Assembly: GCA_013239625.1 (NCBI GenBank)
Contig: MU054001.1
Coordinates: forward strand, 4,876,167 to 4,940,166
Length of the DNA stretch: 64,000 nucleotides
From: Lama guanicoe
Lineage: Eukaryota
Direction: 5' to 3'
Made by a program: the position numbers and the translations under genes. The notes beneath the pieces are model-generated. The model was given only the letters and a program-made list of their open reading frames with translations, made no database searches and was not told the origin of the DNA. Of the stretch, positions 11,053 through 23,860 are shown in pieces (positions within the stretch are counted from its first letter, which is position 1; every line of letters begins with the position of its first letter).

Positions 11053-11619
11053 CAGCGGCATATGGAGCAACTCTGCCTTCCCCCATGGTTTCCAGGAGGC
11101 TCAGTGGGGGGTGCGAGTTCCACATCTGACTTTCCTTGTGTTCGTTAGACTCTTGGTGTAATTAAATGTTACATTGAATAATCCAGCGCGGGCTCAGTGG
11201 TGGCAGAGGCAGCTGTGGAGGGCTGGGGGACGGGGGCTGGATGCCTGCCTTGGTCCCACCCTCCTCCTCCAGCTACCTCCTTGCGCAGGACTCTGGAGTG
11301 GAGGAACCCTTGGCCACAAGGGTTAGGCCTTGAGGGAGGATGAGGTGGGACAGTGATCCTGGGAGACTCCTGGGCTGTCTGTGGCTTGGAAGTCCCTTGT
11401 CTCCTCCTGCTCCTGGTGGGGTGGAATTCCCACCTGGGACTTAGGGACAGAGATAGTGCATCCAGATAGTGGGGAGCCCCCCTGTCCAGCAGAATGGCCA
11501 CCTTGCTCACTTTTCCTGGAGAGAGGAGGCAAGAAGCCCTTTCATCTTCCTCTTTCTTTTTTCTTTTAAGTGGATCTGTGACCTCCCCTGGCCTCCACAG
11601 GCGGCAGCCCATTCTGGTA

Positions 11620-11790
11620 GCTACAGGACACCTGCATGGGTACTACTTGCTAGCTATGTGACTTGGTGCAAATTTCTTCACCTCTGTGTGCTCAGTGTCC
11701 TCATGGGTAAAAGAGAGAGAATGGGAGTACTTACCTTATGGGGTTGTTGGGAGGATGAAGTAGGCCCTTAAAGCAGTGCTACACAGAAAC
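11620..11790 (+). mobile_element. MIR
   Basis: tacttgctagctatgtgacttggtgcaaatttcttcacctctgtgtgctcagtgtcctcat...cttatggggttgttgggaggat. Confidence 0.8.
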
Positions 11791-12493
11791 ACAAGCAGTC
11801 ACCTGGCCCAGCAGTTAAGCCGCCCCCTGCAGGTGTGGTTCTTCCCCACAAAGCTGAGTTGGGTCACGCCCACTTACCTGCTGAAGGTGAAGTTTTGGAT
11901 CCAGTGCCAGTGACATCACAGTGCAATCACAGTGAGCCTCAATTCCCATCTGTGAAACAGAGTTGATCTTCACCATGGCCTGGCAGGGAGGCCAGGAAGG
12001 AGTGGGTTATTGCATGGGAGAACTTGATAAACTGTTGGCAGCATGGCCTCCTCCTCGCCACTACTCTTATTCAGACCTCCCTTTGGGCGCCTGCTCCTGG
12101 GAGAGCAGGGATAGGGCTGCCACTTGGCTCAGGGCCCGGGCAGCCCCCTCTGTGCAGGTTGCCCACCTGGAGAATCCCAGGGCCCCTGACCCAGGCTCAT
12201 TTGGTGCTGGGGTGTCCAGTGTGATTTCCCCTGACCTGTCCCTTTCCAATGTGAATTTTGAAACATGTACCAGCCCCTAGCACGTACCAGCTGGAAAATG
12301 GGTGGGTTAGGCTGAGGATAAGCCATCAAGGAAGTGATGTGGCCTCTGCCTGCTCGAGTCAGGCCCACCCAGAGAGGAGAGGGGCTGGAAGAGAACCCTT
12401 GGTCCAGATCCTCACTAGAAGCCAGCTCCTGTCTGCCGCCGATGGCCTGGCTCCCAAAGGCGGCAATCCCAGGGTCGGGGGCTGACTCCCTTC

Positions 12494-12720
12494 GTGTACA
12501 CACACATGCACTGGTACCCACTCAAACCTCCATACGTGTACCCACAGGCACATATGTGGGCAAGAGCCAAGACACACTCATATGGTTTTCTGGAGTCTCA
12601 CATACAGACACAGATGGGCCCACCCAGGAACACGGTCAACTGCATGCTTGCCCACAGAGATGCAGAGAGATCTGAGCTCACTAGACACACAACTGTGTGC
12701 ACACGTGAGAGAGACATGCA
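12494..12720. repeat. Highly degenerate CA-rich tract
   Basis: Recurrent cacac/acaca/cagac units. Confidence 0.6.
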
Positions 12721-13779
12721 GAGCGCCTAGTGACCTCCCGCTACTGGGGCCTTTCCTTGCCCTGGAGAAACATGCAACCATGTCTCTCGTCCTATCTAAT
12801 CTGCACAACCCTCCCAATCGCCTTTGTTTTAAGGGGGACTCAGAGAGGCTAAGTGCACTGCCAAAGCCACACGGCTCCCAAATGGGCCAGATCCTGGTCC
12901 CTAGTTCAGTGCTGTCTGTAGCTGCTCCACTGGCCTCCCTGCTCTGGGTGCCGTGCTGTGGCTGAGCCCTGGGAACAGCTGGAGAAGGGGGTGCCTCCAG
13001 GAAGAAACTGTGACTTTCAAAGGATGTTTTAAATATAGAGTGTGCCCTCAGTGACTCCCCCATCACCCAGGACTCTGGGCTGTGTGGAGGCAGCTTGTGA
13101 ATATTCAGGACCCCATAGACACTCTTCTCTGTTTCCTCCCCTGCTCCTCGTTTTGTGCTGAGTCTTAAGTGAAATTGATCTTTTTTTTTAAGGAAAGAGA
13201 AATCTGTCTTTTGTTCTTCTGCTCCCCCAGGGCCCCTCAGAAGAGGAGGCCCCCCGCCCGGTTTAAGGGGCACGCCTCAGAACCAATCGCTGCCTGGCAC
13301 GGTTCCCTGGGCGCTGGGCTTGGGCCCGATGCCATGCGAGCAGATGGCCGTGATTGCTGGCAACCCGGAGACCCTGCAGGAGAGTCGCGTATGGGTGTTT
13401 ACAGCATCCTGGTCCTGCCGAGAGCATCAAAATGGCAGACTGAGTGGCTCCTGGCCCACCCGGGGTGGGGGTAGGGGCGGTGCACATTCCTGAAAAAGGA
13501 GAAGAAGCCCCTTTCTTCTCCCAAGGAGAGCCCTGACCAGGGCCCAGTACCCAGCATCCAGTGTGGTGCTGCATTCAGGAAATAGCAAACCTTTCATTCC
13601 TGGGGTGCCATCCACCCTGCTCCTTCACTTCTCACCTCCACCTCCTTCAAGCAAACTTCCTCAAGGTCTCCATGGTCTTAACCCTCTCAGCTGCCCCACA
13701 GGAGAGTCCTGCATTCATTTAAACAGATATGAGCACCTACTGTGTGCTCAAACAATGAGAAGCATGGTAGACACCCTCA

Positions 13780-13930
13780 AAGCCTCTTTCCTTACTCAAA
13801 GCCTCCATCAGCTTATATTCAGTTACATGTGTGTTTGTGGCACAAATGCCTGTCCCATCACCAGGCTGAACTCTACTAAGGTAGAGTCCTGGCACATAGT
13901 AGGTGCTCAACAAATCTTTGTTGGATTATT
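13780..13930 (+). mobile_element. L2 3' fragment
   Basis: cctggcacatagtaggtgctcaacaaatctttgttgga. Confidence 0.75.
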
Positions 13931-14321
13931 TAACGGATCCTGCCCTCACAGAGACTGCAGTCTAATGGAGTTCTCTCTCTCCCCTCTCCCCTCCCTTCCA
14001 CCCTTGTTGTATCCTTTGCCTTATTCTGTTCCCCAGTTACACCAAAGCCCCCGGAAGGCAGAGGCCATGGCCTTCGCCACCCCAAGATGCTGGCTACACA
14101 GTGACTCTTGTTATAGAGATCATGTGACTGTTGTGGAAATGCAGCTCCCTCAAAGGCCACATAAAAGTGCCTGAAAGGCAGGTTCTAGAGAAGATCTTTG
14201 AGACTGCCAACCCAACCCTGCTGCACTGCTGCTATCGCCCACAGTGGCCACCCTGGTCCTGCTCCTCAGATTGTTGTTCAAAGCTCTTCATGGTCCGCCT
14301 TGCATCCTCCCTCTTTTCCTT

Positions 14322-14720
14322 TTCACTCATTCAAAAATATTTATTGAGCACCTACCAAGTGCCAAGTCTTATCCAGGGTCTGAGGACAAGACAACAAATA
14401 AAATCACAAAATCATTCTTCTCATGGAGCTGGCGTTCTATTGGTGGGATGGGTGTGGTGGAGACAAAAAGCAAATAAATGGTGGATGTATTATGTCTGCG
14501 GAGGAAATAAGAGCCATGAAGGACAAAGCAGGGCACGGCAAAGGCAGGAATGGTGGGAGTGGGTAAGGATGGCTTCTCTGACAACTGGAGCAGAGATCTG
14601 AATGAGAGAGAGCATACTTGTGTGGCCATCCTGGAGAAGAGCATTCTGGGTCGAGGGACCAGCAAGTGCAAAGGCCCTGAGGCAGGAATGGGTTGGCTTC
14701 TCTGTATCTCATTCACTGCA
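14322..14720 (-). mobile_element. L2 3' fragment
   Basis: tcattcaaaaatatttattgagcacctaccaagtgcc...cagcaagtgcaaaggccctgaggcaggaatg. Confidence 0.85.
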
Positions 14721-14749
14721 ACAAGCAGGGATCACGGATTCCAACACCC

Positions 14750-15100
14750 ATGGCTCCAGGTGATGATCAAGACAGAGGTGAGCCAGGCGCCAGTGTGATG
14801 ACAAATGCAACCGACACCAGATCTGTGTTAGTGAAGTGACAGGGAGCGATGAGGACTGTGGCAGCCGTGGCAGGTCTGTAGCTGGCAGCTGACTGGTGAC
14901 ATGGGAATGCAGGCCTGGAACAACCAGAGCTTCTCATGTTTCGAGCAAAGCTAAAATCTTTCTCTTTTAAAATGTGAACTATTCCAAATTTGAAGTGTTG
15001 GAAGCTCATTTAAAAATATTTTTTTAAAACTCTGCTCATGCCAAACAAAACTCAGTTACAGGCCAGATCCAGCCTGTGAGCAACCAGTTGGCAGCTTTGG
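14750..15100 (+). mobile_element. hAT-Charlie element, MER102-like
   Basis: gggaatgcaggcc...atgccaaacaaaactcagttacaggccagatccagcctgtgagcaaccagttggcagc. Confidence 0.55.
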
Positions 15101-16099
15101 ATTCAGCTAGCTGTGAGGTCCCTACTGGGCATGATTCTGAATCATGGATCCCAAGCCCAGTGGGTAGCCAGAAGCAAGGTGTTCAGTGGGGAGGGTCTGG
15201 GCAGGGCCAGGGCATCCTCTGGTCCTGACTGATGGGTCTAAGGTGACTGGGGGCCTGGTCCAAACACCTATCTCCAGGAACCCTCTCTCCCAGGCCCGCC
15301 CAAGTGAGAGTGGAGGCTGGCTGAGAGAGGGCACATCTGTGCCCCACTTTCTGGGGCAAGACCTCGGCTTCTCCCACTGATCCACTTTTTCTGGTCCCTG
15401 ACAGGTTCCAGCACCCAGCCAGTTGCAACCCCGCCTGAGGATGTGTGGATAAAGAGACTTCCGCTCCAGCTTTGTTGCGGACTGGCTGCTGAGTGTGACC
15501 GGAGGGTCTTTGCCTGCTCCCCCACATCCCAGCCCCACTTGCTCTCAGCACAATCGGCAGAAGAGGCTGGAACTGCCCTCGTGGCCCCGCCTGCCCTGAA
15601 GACCGGCTTTCTCTGAGCAGCTTCATTAGGAATGATTTCCACATTGACAGACACCCGGGCCTCCCGGCACCTCCAGCTGGAGCCCTCTGCTGAGAGCCCC
15701 CCATTAATGCTAATGGAAGTCCCATGGCTCGGCCAGGGCACCCCGCTGGAAAGAGGCCTCTGGATGCCCACCCACAAACATGACCTTTTCCTGTGTAAGA
15801 GACAAGATTCAAAATCAATCTGGCCCGCAGGGCCTGCCCATCCTCACCACATGCGCCACTCAGGGAAGAGGCCATGGACCCCAGGACAGGCAAGGGTCAA
15901 TACTGAATCTGGGAGAGCCCGGCTGGCTGGGCCAGCACACTTGAGGGGTTGCTGTCTGGCCCCACTGCTGAGCACCTTCCTGCAGAGACCGCAGGGAATA
16001 TTTCTTGTCCCTCGATCTGTCCCCACCCAGCTACAACCAGCGCAGCAACAGTGGCAAACACTCATAGGCAGAGCCAAGTTCCAGCCACACTGCGGAATC

Positions 16100-16260
16100 T
16101 CCCCGCAGATTGTTTCCAGCAGACTCGTGATAGAGGCACTGTGATTACCCCCATTCCGCACACAGGAAAACAGAGGGCAGGAGGCCTTTAAGGAACTTGC
16201 TCAAGGCGTGCTGCTGGTGGGTGGCGGTGCTGAGATTCTCACCCAGGGCCCATACTCGTC
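16100..16260 (-). mobile_element. MIR
   Basis: attacccccattcc...aggaaaacagaggg...ttaaggaacttgctcaagg...gctgagattctcacccagg. Confidence 0.65.
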
Positions 16261-18039
16261 TCTGTGATGCTCCTTAATCCTCTCTTGTGTGCTCAGCAAA
16301 CACCTGGCAGCCACTGCTCTGTGCTAGGCCTGTGCTGAAGGCACAGAGGTGAGTCACAATTCCCATCCCCAGCAGGAGGGGATGCCATGAGTCCGTGCAG
16401 GTGGCACGGAGGCTGGGAGGAGGGAGGGCAGACCTCGTGTGCTGGGTGAGAGGAAGTGGTCAGGAAGGGCTCCCTGGATTGGGGGTCTCTGGACCGAGGG
16501 GCACGAGCCCAGGTCCAGGTCCTTAGTTTGTGTTTGGGGGCAGGTGCTCGGGTGCTCAAATCTGGGCCTGTGTGCGCAAGAGTGGGTCCCACACATCTGG
16601 ATGCACGTGCGCAGACCTGAAGGCTGGTCTCCAGGCACAGTGTTACCAGGTGCCCCAGGGACCCAGCTAAGACTCTGAGGGCAGCAAGAGGAGTAAAGAG
16701 GGAACCCGCCCTCCTCACAAAGTGGGGGCTCTTGGCTCCTTGGAAGCATGAAAGTTGCAGATGGAGTTGGATGTCATGGGGAAGGCCACCCGCACGTGAA
16801 AGGCACTGTCCCCACAGGCCTCCCTCTAGGCTTCAAGGGGAACAAGATTCAAGAGTCACACACTGGGGCCCTGAGCTGGATGTGGCCTTCAGCTGGCCTC
16901 TCCCTGGCCTGCATAAGTGCTGGTTAGTTTTTGTGGACTGAATGCCTTTAAGTGCGACCAGCCTCTCTGACTGCCCACAGTCCCTACCCATCCACCTTGG
17001 CGACACCTGGCCCCAACCTCCTTTCCATGACCTGCCTGGCCTCTAAAAGCACTTGCTTTCCAACTTTCTGCTTTAACAACTTCAAGTTCTTTGCAGAAGT
17101 ATCTTCTCTTTGCAAACCCACCTTGTGATGGCCTCTCAGGGGAAAGCTCTGTGTGCAGCTATGCTAACTTCACCTCTGTCTCTTTATCTTACAGAAGAGC
17201 CACTTCCTACCAGGGGTGAGGGTCATTCATTCTTTCATGCAGCAAAGATGTAGGGAATGTCTACTCTTTGTCAGACCCTGCTCCAGGTGCTGGGATTGGT
17301 GCACGAGCCATGCCATCGAGAAGCTCCGCCCTCCCACGCTCCCATCTGGGAGGTCCTGGACAGGTGTGGGGCCCGGCCTGCACGGTCAGTTCCCAAACTG
17401 CAAGCTCAGTCCTTACCTTGTGTTCTTGTCCCATCAGCTCAGCACCTAAAGCCCTACTGGGTCGGTTCAGTCGGGGTGGAGGGAGGAAACCAGCCAGCAG
17501 ATGACTCCTGGTGGATCTGGCATTGGCCACTGGCAGCTGCTGGGGAGCAGGGCTGGGAGGGAGAAGGAACAGCCAAGGGAAGGCGTACCATTATCCTCCC
17601 TGAAGTTCAGCCAGGCACAGTCACATAGCTTGGAAAGGATGGGCTTGACCCCATGTCTGCCTGATCCCAAGGCCAGTGCTGTTTCCACCATGAGGTCCAG
17701 ACTCTCATCCTCCCTCCCCTTTCTCGAATCCTGCCTGTTCTCCACGTGCCCCTCCATGAAGCAGAGGCCCTGATGTTGGCCTTATTGAATTGAAGCTCTC
17801 CTTCCATGGCTGTGGGCACCTCAGAGCCTGAGCACGAGTGTTACACTGATGAGGATCCTGTGTGGGGTGAGCTGGTCTCCTTCTTAATCCTAGGATGCCC
17901 CTTCTTCTAGGGGTTGTGTCAGAGGCTGGCCCAAGCATGGGTGCAATCAAAGGTGCTCGACTAATGTTTATGGCTAACCTGTGGATTAATTCGCTTGATT
18001 AGAAGCCGGCATTTGAGAAGAGGCTGGCGTAGGGAGCAG

Positions 18040-18200
18040 ACCTCTGAAATCAGCCAGGCGTGGCCTCACTGTGTAACTGGCTCTGAGACCTTGGACCTGT
18101 GCGCCTCCACTTCTTCATCTGTAAAATGGGTTCCTTGTTCCTCCTTGCAGGTGGCTGTGAGGATGCCATGTAAAGTGAAAACACCCAGAAAGAGCTCTAC
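18040..18200 (+). mobile_element. MIR
   Basis: ctggctctgagaccttgg...cttcttcatctgtaaaatggg...gtggctgtgaggat. Confidence 0.7.
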
Positions 18201-18366
18201 AATTGCCCGTGTGGGCTTCTTCTCCCAGAGACCTGAAAGTATGGTGATGGCCAAGAGGGCGAGAGGGTGGGAGACGTGGTGCTGGAGAAAGGCCCATTTG
18301 TGAAACTGGGCCCTGAACAGGAGGCTGAGGAGCGGGTCTCCTGTGGATGCTAGAATTAGATAGTCT

Positions 18367-18900
18367 GTGAATGAGTCAGGCTCTTTGGGTTGCAAGTGAC
18401 AGAAACACACACCCAGCTGCCTTCAGCCCAGAGGGGATTCACCAGCTCATGGAATGTAAGTGTCCAGAAAAGACCTGCTTCAGAAACAGCTTGACATAAG
18501 GCTCAGGTGGCCACACAGGCTGTGGTTCTTTCTCTTTCTTGGCTCTTTTCTTCCCTTCCTCCTGGGCTGGAGCCCCTGTCGTGCAAGTGTTCCCCTCAAG
18601 CTCACGTAATAATCACCGGCAGCTCTGGGATGGCATTGTTCAAGGCTCCAAAACATGGAAAAGAAGCAGAGGCCTTGTCCAGCATCCCCAGGAAAGCTTT
18701 GAGATGCTCCCTGATTGGACCAGCTCAGTCATAGGCCTAACCTACACAGTCACTTGGCCACCGGGTAGGATGTGCTGATTGGCCGGGACAGGTCACGTGC
18801 TTCTCTCGGAGCCAGCAGACATGGTGCAGCCCAGATCCTGAGGTCTGAGGGGGAGGGGTGACCCCTAGTCAACCACGGGGTTGGGGATGATGCTGTCTCT
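18367..18900 (-). mobile_element. MaLR LTR (MLT1K/L-like)
   Basis: gagtcaggctctttgggttgcaagtgacagaaac...ctgattggaccagct...gctgattggcc...ggtcacgtgc. Confidence 0.65.
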
Positions 18901-19374
18901 GGGAAGAGAAGCACCACACGCACCACACTGGACTAATACAGCCTCTGCTCTCTGATGCTTTTGGAGTCATTCACCTTCCCCATGCAACTCCTACTTATCC
19001 TTAAAAACCCAGCTCAAGCCCTAGCTGCTGCTGGAAGCATCCCAATGCATCCACAGCCACGTTGCCCTCCTCTGAGCCTCTGTGGTTCAGGCAGCTGTGC
19101 CACACAACATGCCAGACTCTGGATTGTTACCGCTCCAGCGGAGCTGAAATCACACCTAAGATTTCAGAGTATTAGCCTCCTATCAACCAAGATAGAGAAG
19201 AGCCGCCTGACAGCCAGCTGGGGCTCTGGGCCATAAGCAGTTCCGCAGGACACCAGAGTCAGGCAAGACTACAGAGGTCAAAGCAAAGACGGGACCACTC
19301 TGTATCACGTCAGATCGACCATATTATCAAAGTTCCTGTAAAACTTTATTATTATTATCATTATTGTTATTTTT

Positions 19375-19455
19375 TTTTGATTGAACCATATGAAATTGCA
19401 ATATTGGACCATTTTGATCCATCAGAAAGCCAATTTCATTTGGTTCATCATAATA
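19375..19455. mobile_element. MADE2 (Tc1/mariner MITE, about 80 bp)
   Basis: Terminal inverted repeats ttgaaccatatgaaattg (19381-19398) and caatttcatttggttcat (19431-19448), 16/18 complementary; ends in ...taata. Confidence 0.85.
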
Positions 19456-19534
19456 CTAATTTTTAATTATTCAGTACCCATGATGCCCACCCAATTACAG
19501 AGCAGGCTGGAGCCTAGCCAGGGGCTCACATAAA

Positions 19535-19660
19535 CTTGAGTGCCATCTCCCCATTCTACTGGTGGGGAGACAGAGGTTCAGGGAGGGCAGGGACCTTCCC
19601 AGGCTGCACAGGTAGTGACAGAAGGGCAAGACCCTGGTGACCTCCACTCCCACCAAATGG
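19535..19660 (-). mobile_element. MIR
   Basis: atctccccattctactggtggggagacagaggttcagggagggcagggaccttcccaggctgcacag. Confidence 0.65.
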
Positions 19661-19769
19661 AGCTCCTTGCCTGGAACCCAGCTCCCCCACATACAAATCC
19701 TGCTCCCTTCCCAGGCTCCCACCTCCTAATCTGCTGCCCGCCCCACTTCTCTGTTAACTGGAAGTGACT

Positions 19770-20000
19770 CATATTTCCTTCCAAAAAGTGTTGCAAAAGC
19801 ACCTACACTGTGCCAGGCACAGAGCATCAAGAGTAAACAAAATAGATGGGGTTCCCACCCACGATCAATGGAGACAGAAAACCAAGCAGGTACGAAGTAC
19901 ATGCACTCTGGATGATGATGTTCAGAGCAGGACATGGAGGGAGCCCCCCCGGGGAGAGCCGACAGGGAAGGCTGCCTCTCAGAGGGGGTGACATTTAAAC
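19770..20000 (-). mobile_element. L2 fragment
   Basis: aagcacctacactgtgccaggcac...gggaaggctgcctctcagagggggtgacattt. Confidence 0.65.
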
Positions 20001-20649
20001 TGCCACTTCCCTGCAGGTCCCTTGACACCTATCTTGCTTTTTTGAATCTGCGCTTTTGTTCTATCCTGACCTCTTGGCCCTTTCCTTGGCTGTGGGTCCC
20101 AGGAGGTTGACAATTGTCTTGAAACTGGAGCACTGAAGTTTCTGAGGAGCAAAAGCAGCTCATCAGGTTTAGTGAGCCCCACCTGCCCCACCCACTCGCC
20201 CCCCAATTCACTCCCACCTCCACTTCCTGGCAGTCCATGTAGGACTTTTATTTTAAGGGAAGACATATGAGTTTTGGCATTCATTTCCCTGGCCTTTGAG
20301 AAGCTGGAGCTGTGGAGTGTGTCACAGGCTGGGTGGGGGTCTGTCCCAAGGGCAGGAGGACACAGGCCCCAGGGAAACCCCACCCCGTGAAGGCCTTTGG
20401 TGTTGCTAGCAGCATCAGGTGTCCATAGGAATGGAAACTGCGGCTGACCCAGGTGCCTCTATTTCCCTGGGGCAGGCGGGGGTTGGGGGGGGCGGGTCGC
20501 AGAGCTGAAAGGGATCCTGGTGAAGAGAAGGAGATGGGGTGGGCAGCAGAGGCCCAAGGCCACGGAGGTGACGAGGGCTGTATTCAAGGGGGCCTGGCCA
20601 GTGCTGAGGGGTTTGCAGCTGCAGCTCATGGAAGCTGGCAGCAAGCCGC

Positions 20650-20775
20650 TGAGATAGGTTGTGTTACGATTCCCATTTCACAGATGAGGAGACTGAGGTC
20701 CAGCGACGCCGGAAGGTACTGGGCTGGATTCCCCTGCCCCAGGCAGCCTGACTCCAGGGCCTGCGCTTTTAACTG
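20650..20775 (-). mobile_element. MIR
   Basis: cccatttcacagatgaggagactgagg...cccaggcagcctgactccagggcctgcgcttttaac. Confidence 0.8.
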
Positions 20776-20917
20776 CAACACCTGCCTCCAAACTCATCCA
20801 GAGTCCAGGCCCTGCTGTCCAGTGCTGCCTCCTGGAGGCAATGAGTGTCTGCCAGGGTCCCCTGACCCGATGGGGACAGACGAGCAGACAGCGCTGAGGA
20901 TCCCAGACCTCCGGCTC

Positions 20918-20955
20918 TGTGCGTGTGCGTGCGTGCATGCGCGCATGCGCGCATG
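20918..20955. repeat. 38-bp perfectly alternating purine/pyrimidine tract
   Basis: tgtgcgtgtgcgtgcgtgcatgcgcgcatgcgcgcatg. Confidence 0.9.
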
Positions 20956-20974
20956 GGGGGGCGGGATTTCTATC

Positions 20975-21460
20975 AGAGTCCTCTCTGCCTTTCTCGTGTT
21001 CTCTCTCACTTTGGGACTGGCAGTCACTCTCATCTTCGTCCTCCCTTGTCTCTTCACTTCTTTCTCTCCCAGTCTCTTTCTCATCTCTCATTCCCCATCA
21101 GGCTCTGCCTCTCTCCCTCTGTCTTTGTGGGCCTTTCTTGATTGTCTCTCACTTCATCCTTCTCCTGTCTTTGCCTGTTTCTCTCTGTCTCTCATTTACT
21201 GTGTGTCTCTGACTCTCTCCTTATTTCCTTCTCTCTCTCCCTCCCTCTGTCCCTCTGCCCTGGTCTCAGTTTCTCTCGGTCTCTGGTTCTCTGGGAGTCT
21301 CTCCTTGTCTGCCCTCCCCCTTCTCTCTCCCTCCACTCCCCCCTCCTCCCCCTCCTCTCCCTCCTCACTCCCCTCTCTCCTTCTCAGTCTCTGACTCTCT
21401 CTGATGTTCTCTTTCAGTTTCTCTCCCTATTTCCCACATTCTGCCTGTCTCTGACCCCCC
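20975..21460. repeat. CT-rich low-complexity tract
   Basis: Directly visible pyrimidine-rich degenerate (CT)n sequence. Confidence 0.85.
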
Positions 21461-23519
21461 AACTCTGACAGTGTGTATGGTTCATGGTCTGTCTCCGGGG
21501 CTCAGCAGGCCCAGCCCATTTGGCCTGGTGTGACCCTGGCATCACTGCACAGGGCAGGCAGGGCGGGGGCCTGGACCCTCTGGCTGGGAAGGCTGAGGCC
21601 CAGAGGGTGATGCGCCCGTGGTCGCTGGCTGGCAAGGGGAGGACCTGGTGAGGACTCAGCCTATGTTGTCCGGGAGAGTGTGGGCACCTGCGTCCAGGTG
21701 CTTGTAGCCCAGTTTGCTGTGTGGTGGGGATCCTGCCACACCTTCCCAGCTCCCCTCCTGGTACTGAACCTCAGCAGACACACACAGGTGCCCTCTCCTC
21801 ATCCTGTGTCCTTTGGGGCCCCTCTGTCCTGCTCCATGACACCCTCCTCTCTGGAAGGCTTAGCCAGAAGCTGTAAGAACTCCTGTCCTCCCTCCGGCCC
21901 TCAGGCTGGGCTGGGGGACTCTGAAAGATTAGTTGAGTCTTGCGGAGCCTTGAGGCTGGTGCCTGCTCTCGTCCTTCTAACTCTCCAACTTCCCCCTTTT
22001 GCTGGCTGGCATGACAAAGTTATTTCTGGGAAATATTATTCAATAAATCCGTCTAGAATGCCTGCCCTGTTAGAGCTGTGCTGGGCCTTGTCCAGTCAAC
22101 TGCTCCTCAGGGGCCTGAGGATAAGAAAGACCATTTGAGGGGCAGGTAATGGGGCTTTGGCCACAGGCGTCCCACTAGGCCAGCACTTTGTCACCTGGGT
22201 GAAGAGTTAACTTTCCGGGGTTGTGGGGCAGGGCCAAAAGAGGCCTCCTCCTATGTCCTGGGAGGAGGCACCCTGTGAACCCCACCATTCTCTGTGTCTT
22301 GAAAGGACTCCAAGTTTCCTCAGTGTAAAGTGGAAGAAATGAGTTTCCAGTTGGAAAACTTAATGGGTGTCCAGTGTCTGGGCGCTGTTGTCAGCCTCGC
22401 AGCCCTGGTCAGGGGAACATGAAAGGTGTCTGGAGGGGATGACAGAGAGGCAGGCCACCTGGGCTCAGGCTGGGGACGCCCCGCCCTCACCTGCTTCAGA
22501 AGCCCCCTTGGAAGCTCTCAGGTAAAGCCCCTGCTCCCTCCCTTTATCCCAAACCTCTTTTTTGAGGTTTGGCTGCATTTTTGATCTTAACAAGATTTTT
22601 TTTTTTGTCATCTTTGCCAGGGCTTTTACAATGAGATTTCCTTTTATTTTAAAAACGGTAGCTTTCAAGCCTTCTCTCATCTCTGATTGTTTCATGTTTG
22701 CGAGTTTCTGGAAGGTTTGGAGCCGGTCCCTGGGTGGGCGACTTCCCATCTGCTCCTTGCTCTGTTCGTGGGCTTGGAAGGGGTTGGGGCCTCGGAGCAG
22801 CGGCCTCCTTTTCGGCCCCCTTCCAGCTGCGCCAGCGCGATGGAGAAAGAGGCAGGGCTCCCATCCGCCTGCCTCCCCGGAACTCCCCGCTCTCCACGCA
22901 GCAGGATACCTCCTGGTGGGAGGCAGGCTGCCTGAGTTCCAGCCTCAGCTGCCCCATCTGTACAGTGGGAACAGCAGCTGTGCTCTAAGACAATAGTAAT
23001 AAATACTTACTAGCAGTACAAGTAACAGTACTCTACTGTACTATCAATAAGCACTTAGTAACACATGGTATAAGTAATAGTCCTATCAGATGATACAAGG
23101 AAGGTGTCTGGCACAAGCCTGGCACCAAGCGGATGATTAAGAAATGGTACCTATTATAAGAGGGCAAACCCTTGGCCTCCCAGACCTCTGAGGGCTGGCC
23201 CATATCTCTCCATCCAGCCTTTTCCGCTTCTTGAACATCTGCTCCCCACAGAGTACCAGTCCGGTGGCCTGACTCACCTGGCGCCTTCCCCATTCTGGAT
23301 CTTTCCTGACCCTATTCCTCCTCCCTGGGACCCTCTTCCACACTTCCTCCTCCTCCATCAAGGGTCTGAAAGCCTCCACCATCCTTCAGCTCAGTGCCAC
23401 CCACTCTGAAACATCTGCCTTCACCTCCCCCAACGCAAATAAGAAGTAATCACGCCTTCTTCAGGGGTTGTATGATTGACTTTGGTTTGTATTTTACTTA
23501 GTGATACAACAAGTGCTGG

Positions 23520-23690
23520 CTTGTTCCGACTTTAGAAGCAGGAAGATTTGGATCTGAATCTAATTTTTGGTGGGTGCTAGCTTTCCCATTTCCTATCTGC
23601 ACAACCACGCCTTAATCCCTCAGAGCTTCAGTTCCCTCATCTGTAGATGGGGTTGGCTATATTCTCCACAGCGTAAGCTGCAGGAGAGCG
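23520..23690 (+). mobile_element. MIR
   Basis: actttagaagcaggaagatttggatctgaatc...cttaatccctcagagcttcagttccctcatctgtagatgggg. Confidence 0.7.
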
Positions 23691-23860
23691 TGGCTTTCGG
23701 TTTCTTCCACTCTACTGGTATTTCCAGCAGAAGTACATAGCAGGTGCTCAACAAATCACTTACCATAAATGAGCGGTCACTGGGTTTGTAAAATTCTTAA
23801 CTACTTGGCATATAAATATTGCTCAATTGATGGCAACCCTCTTTATCATGTCCATTATTA

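Noticed and set aside
10800..11148. Cys/Val-rich and His/Thr-rich ORFs
   Set aside because: Translations of a CA microsatellite.
12578..13273. 231-aa minus-strand ORF
   Set aside because: No recognisable domain, overlaps a CA-rich tract, and GC-rich DNA yields such ORFs by chance.
15183..15893. 236-aa minus-strand ORF
   Set aside because: No recognisable homology; several overlapping frames are open, which is typical of GC-rich non-coding DNA.
20814..20828. REST/NRSE-like gctgtcc...gtgctg
   Set aside because: Half-site spacing and flanks do not fit the canonical motif.
20453..21394. 313-aa ORF
   Set aside because: Non-ATG start, crosses a MIR and ends in CT-rich low complexity.
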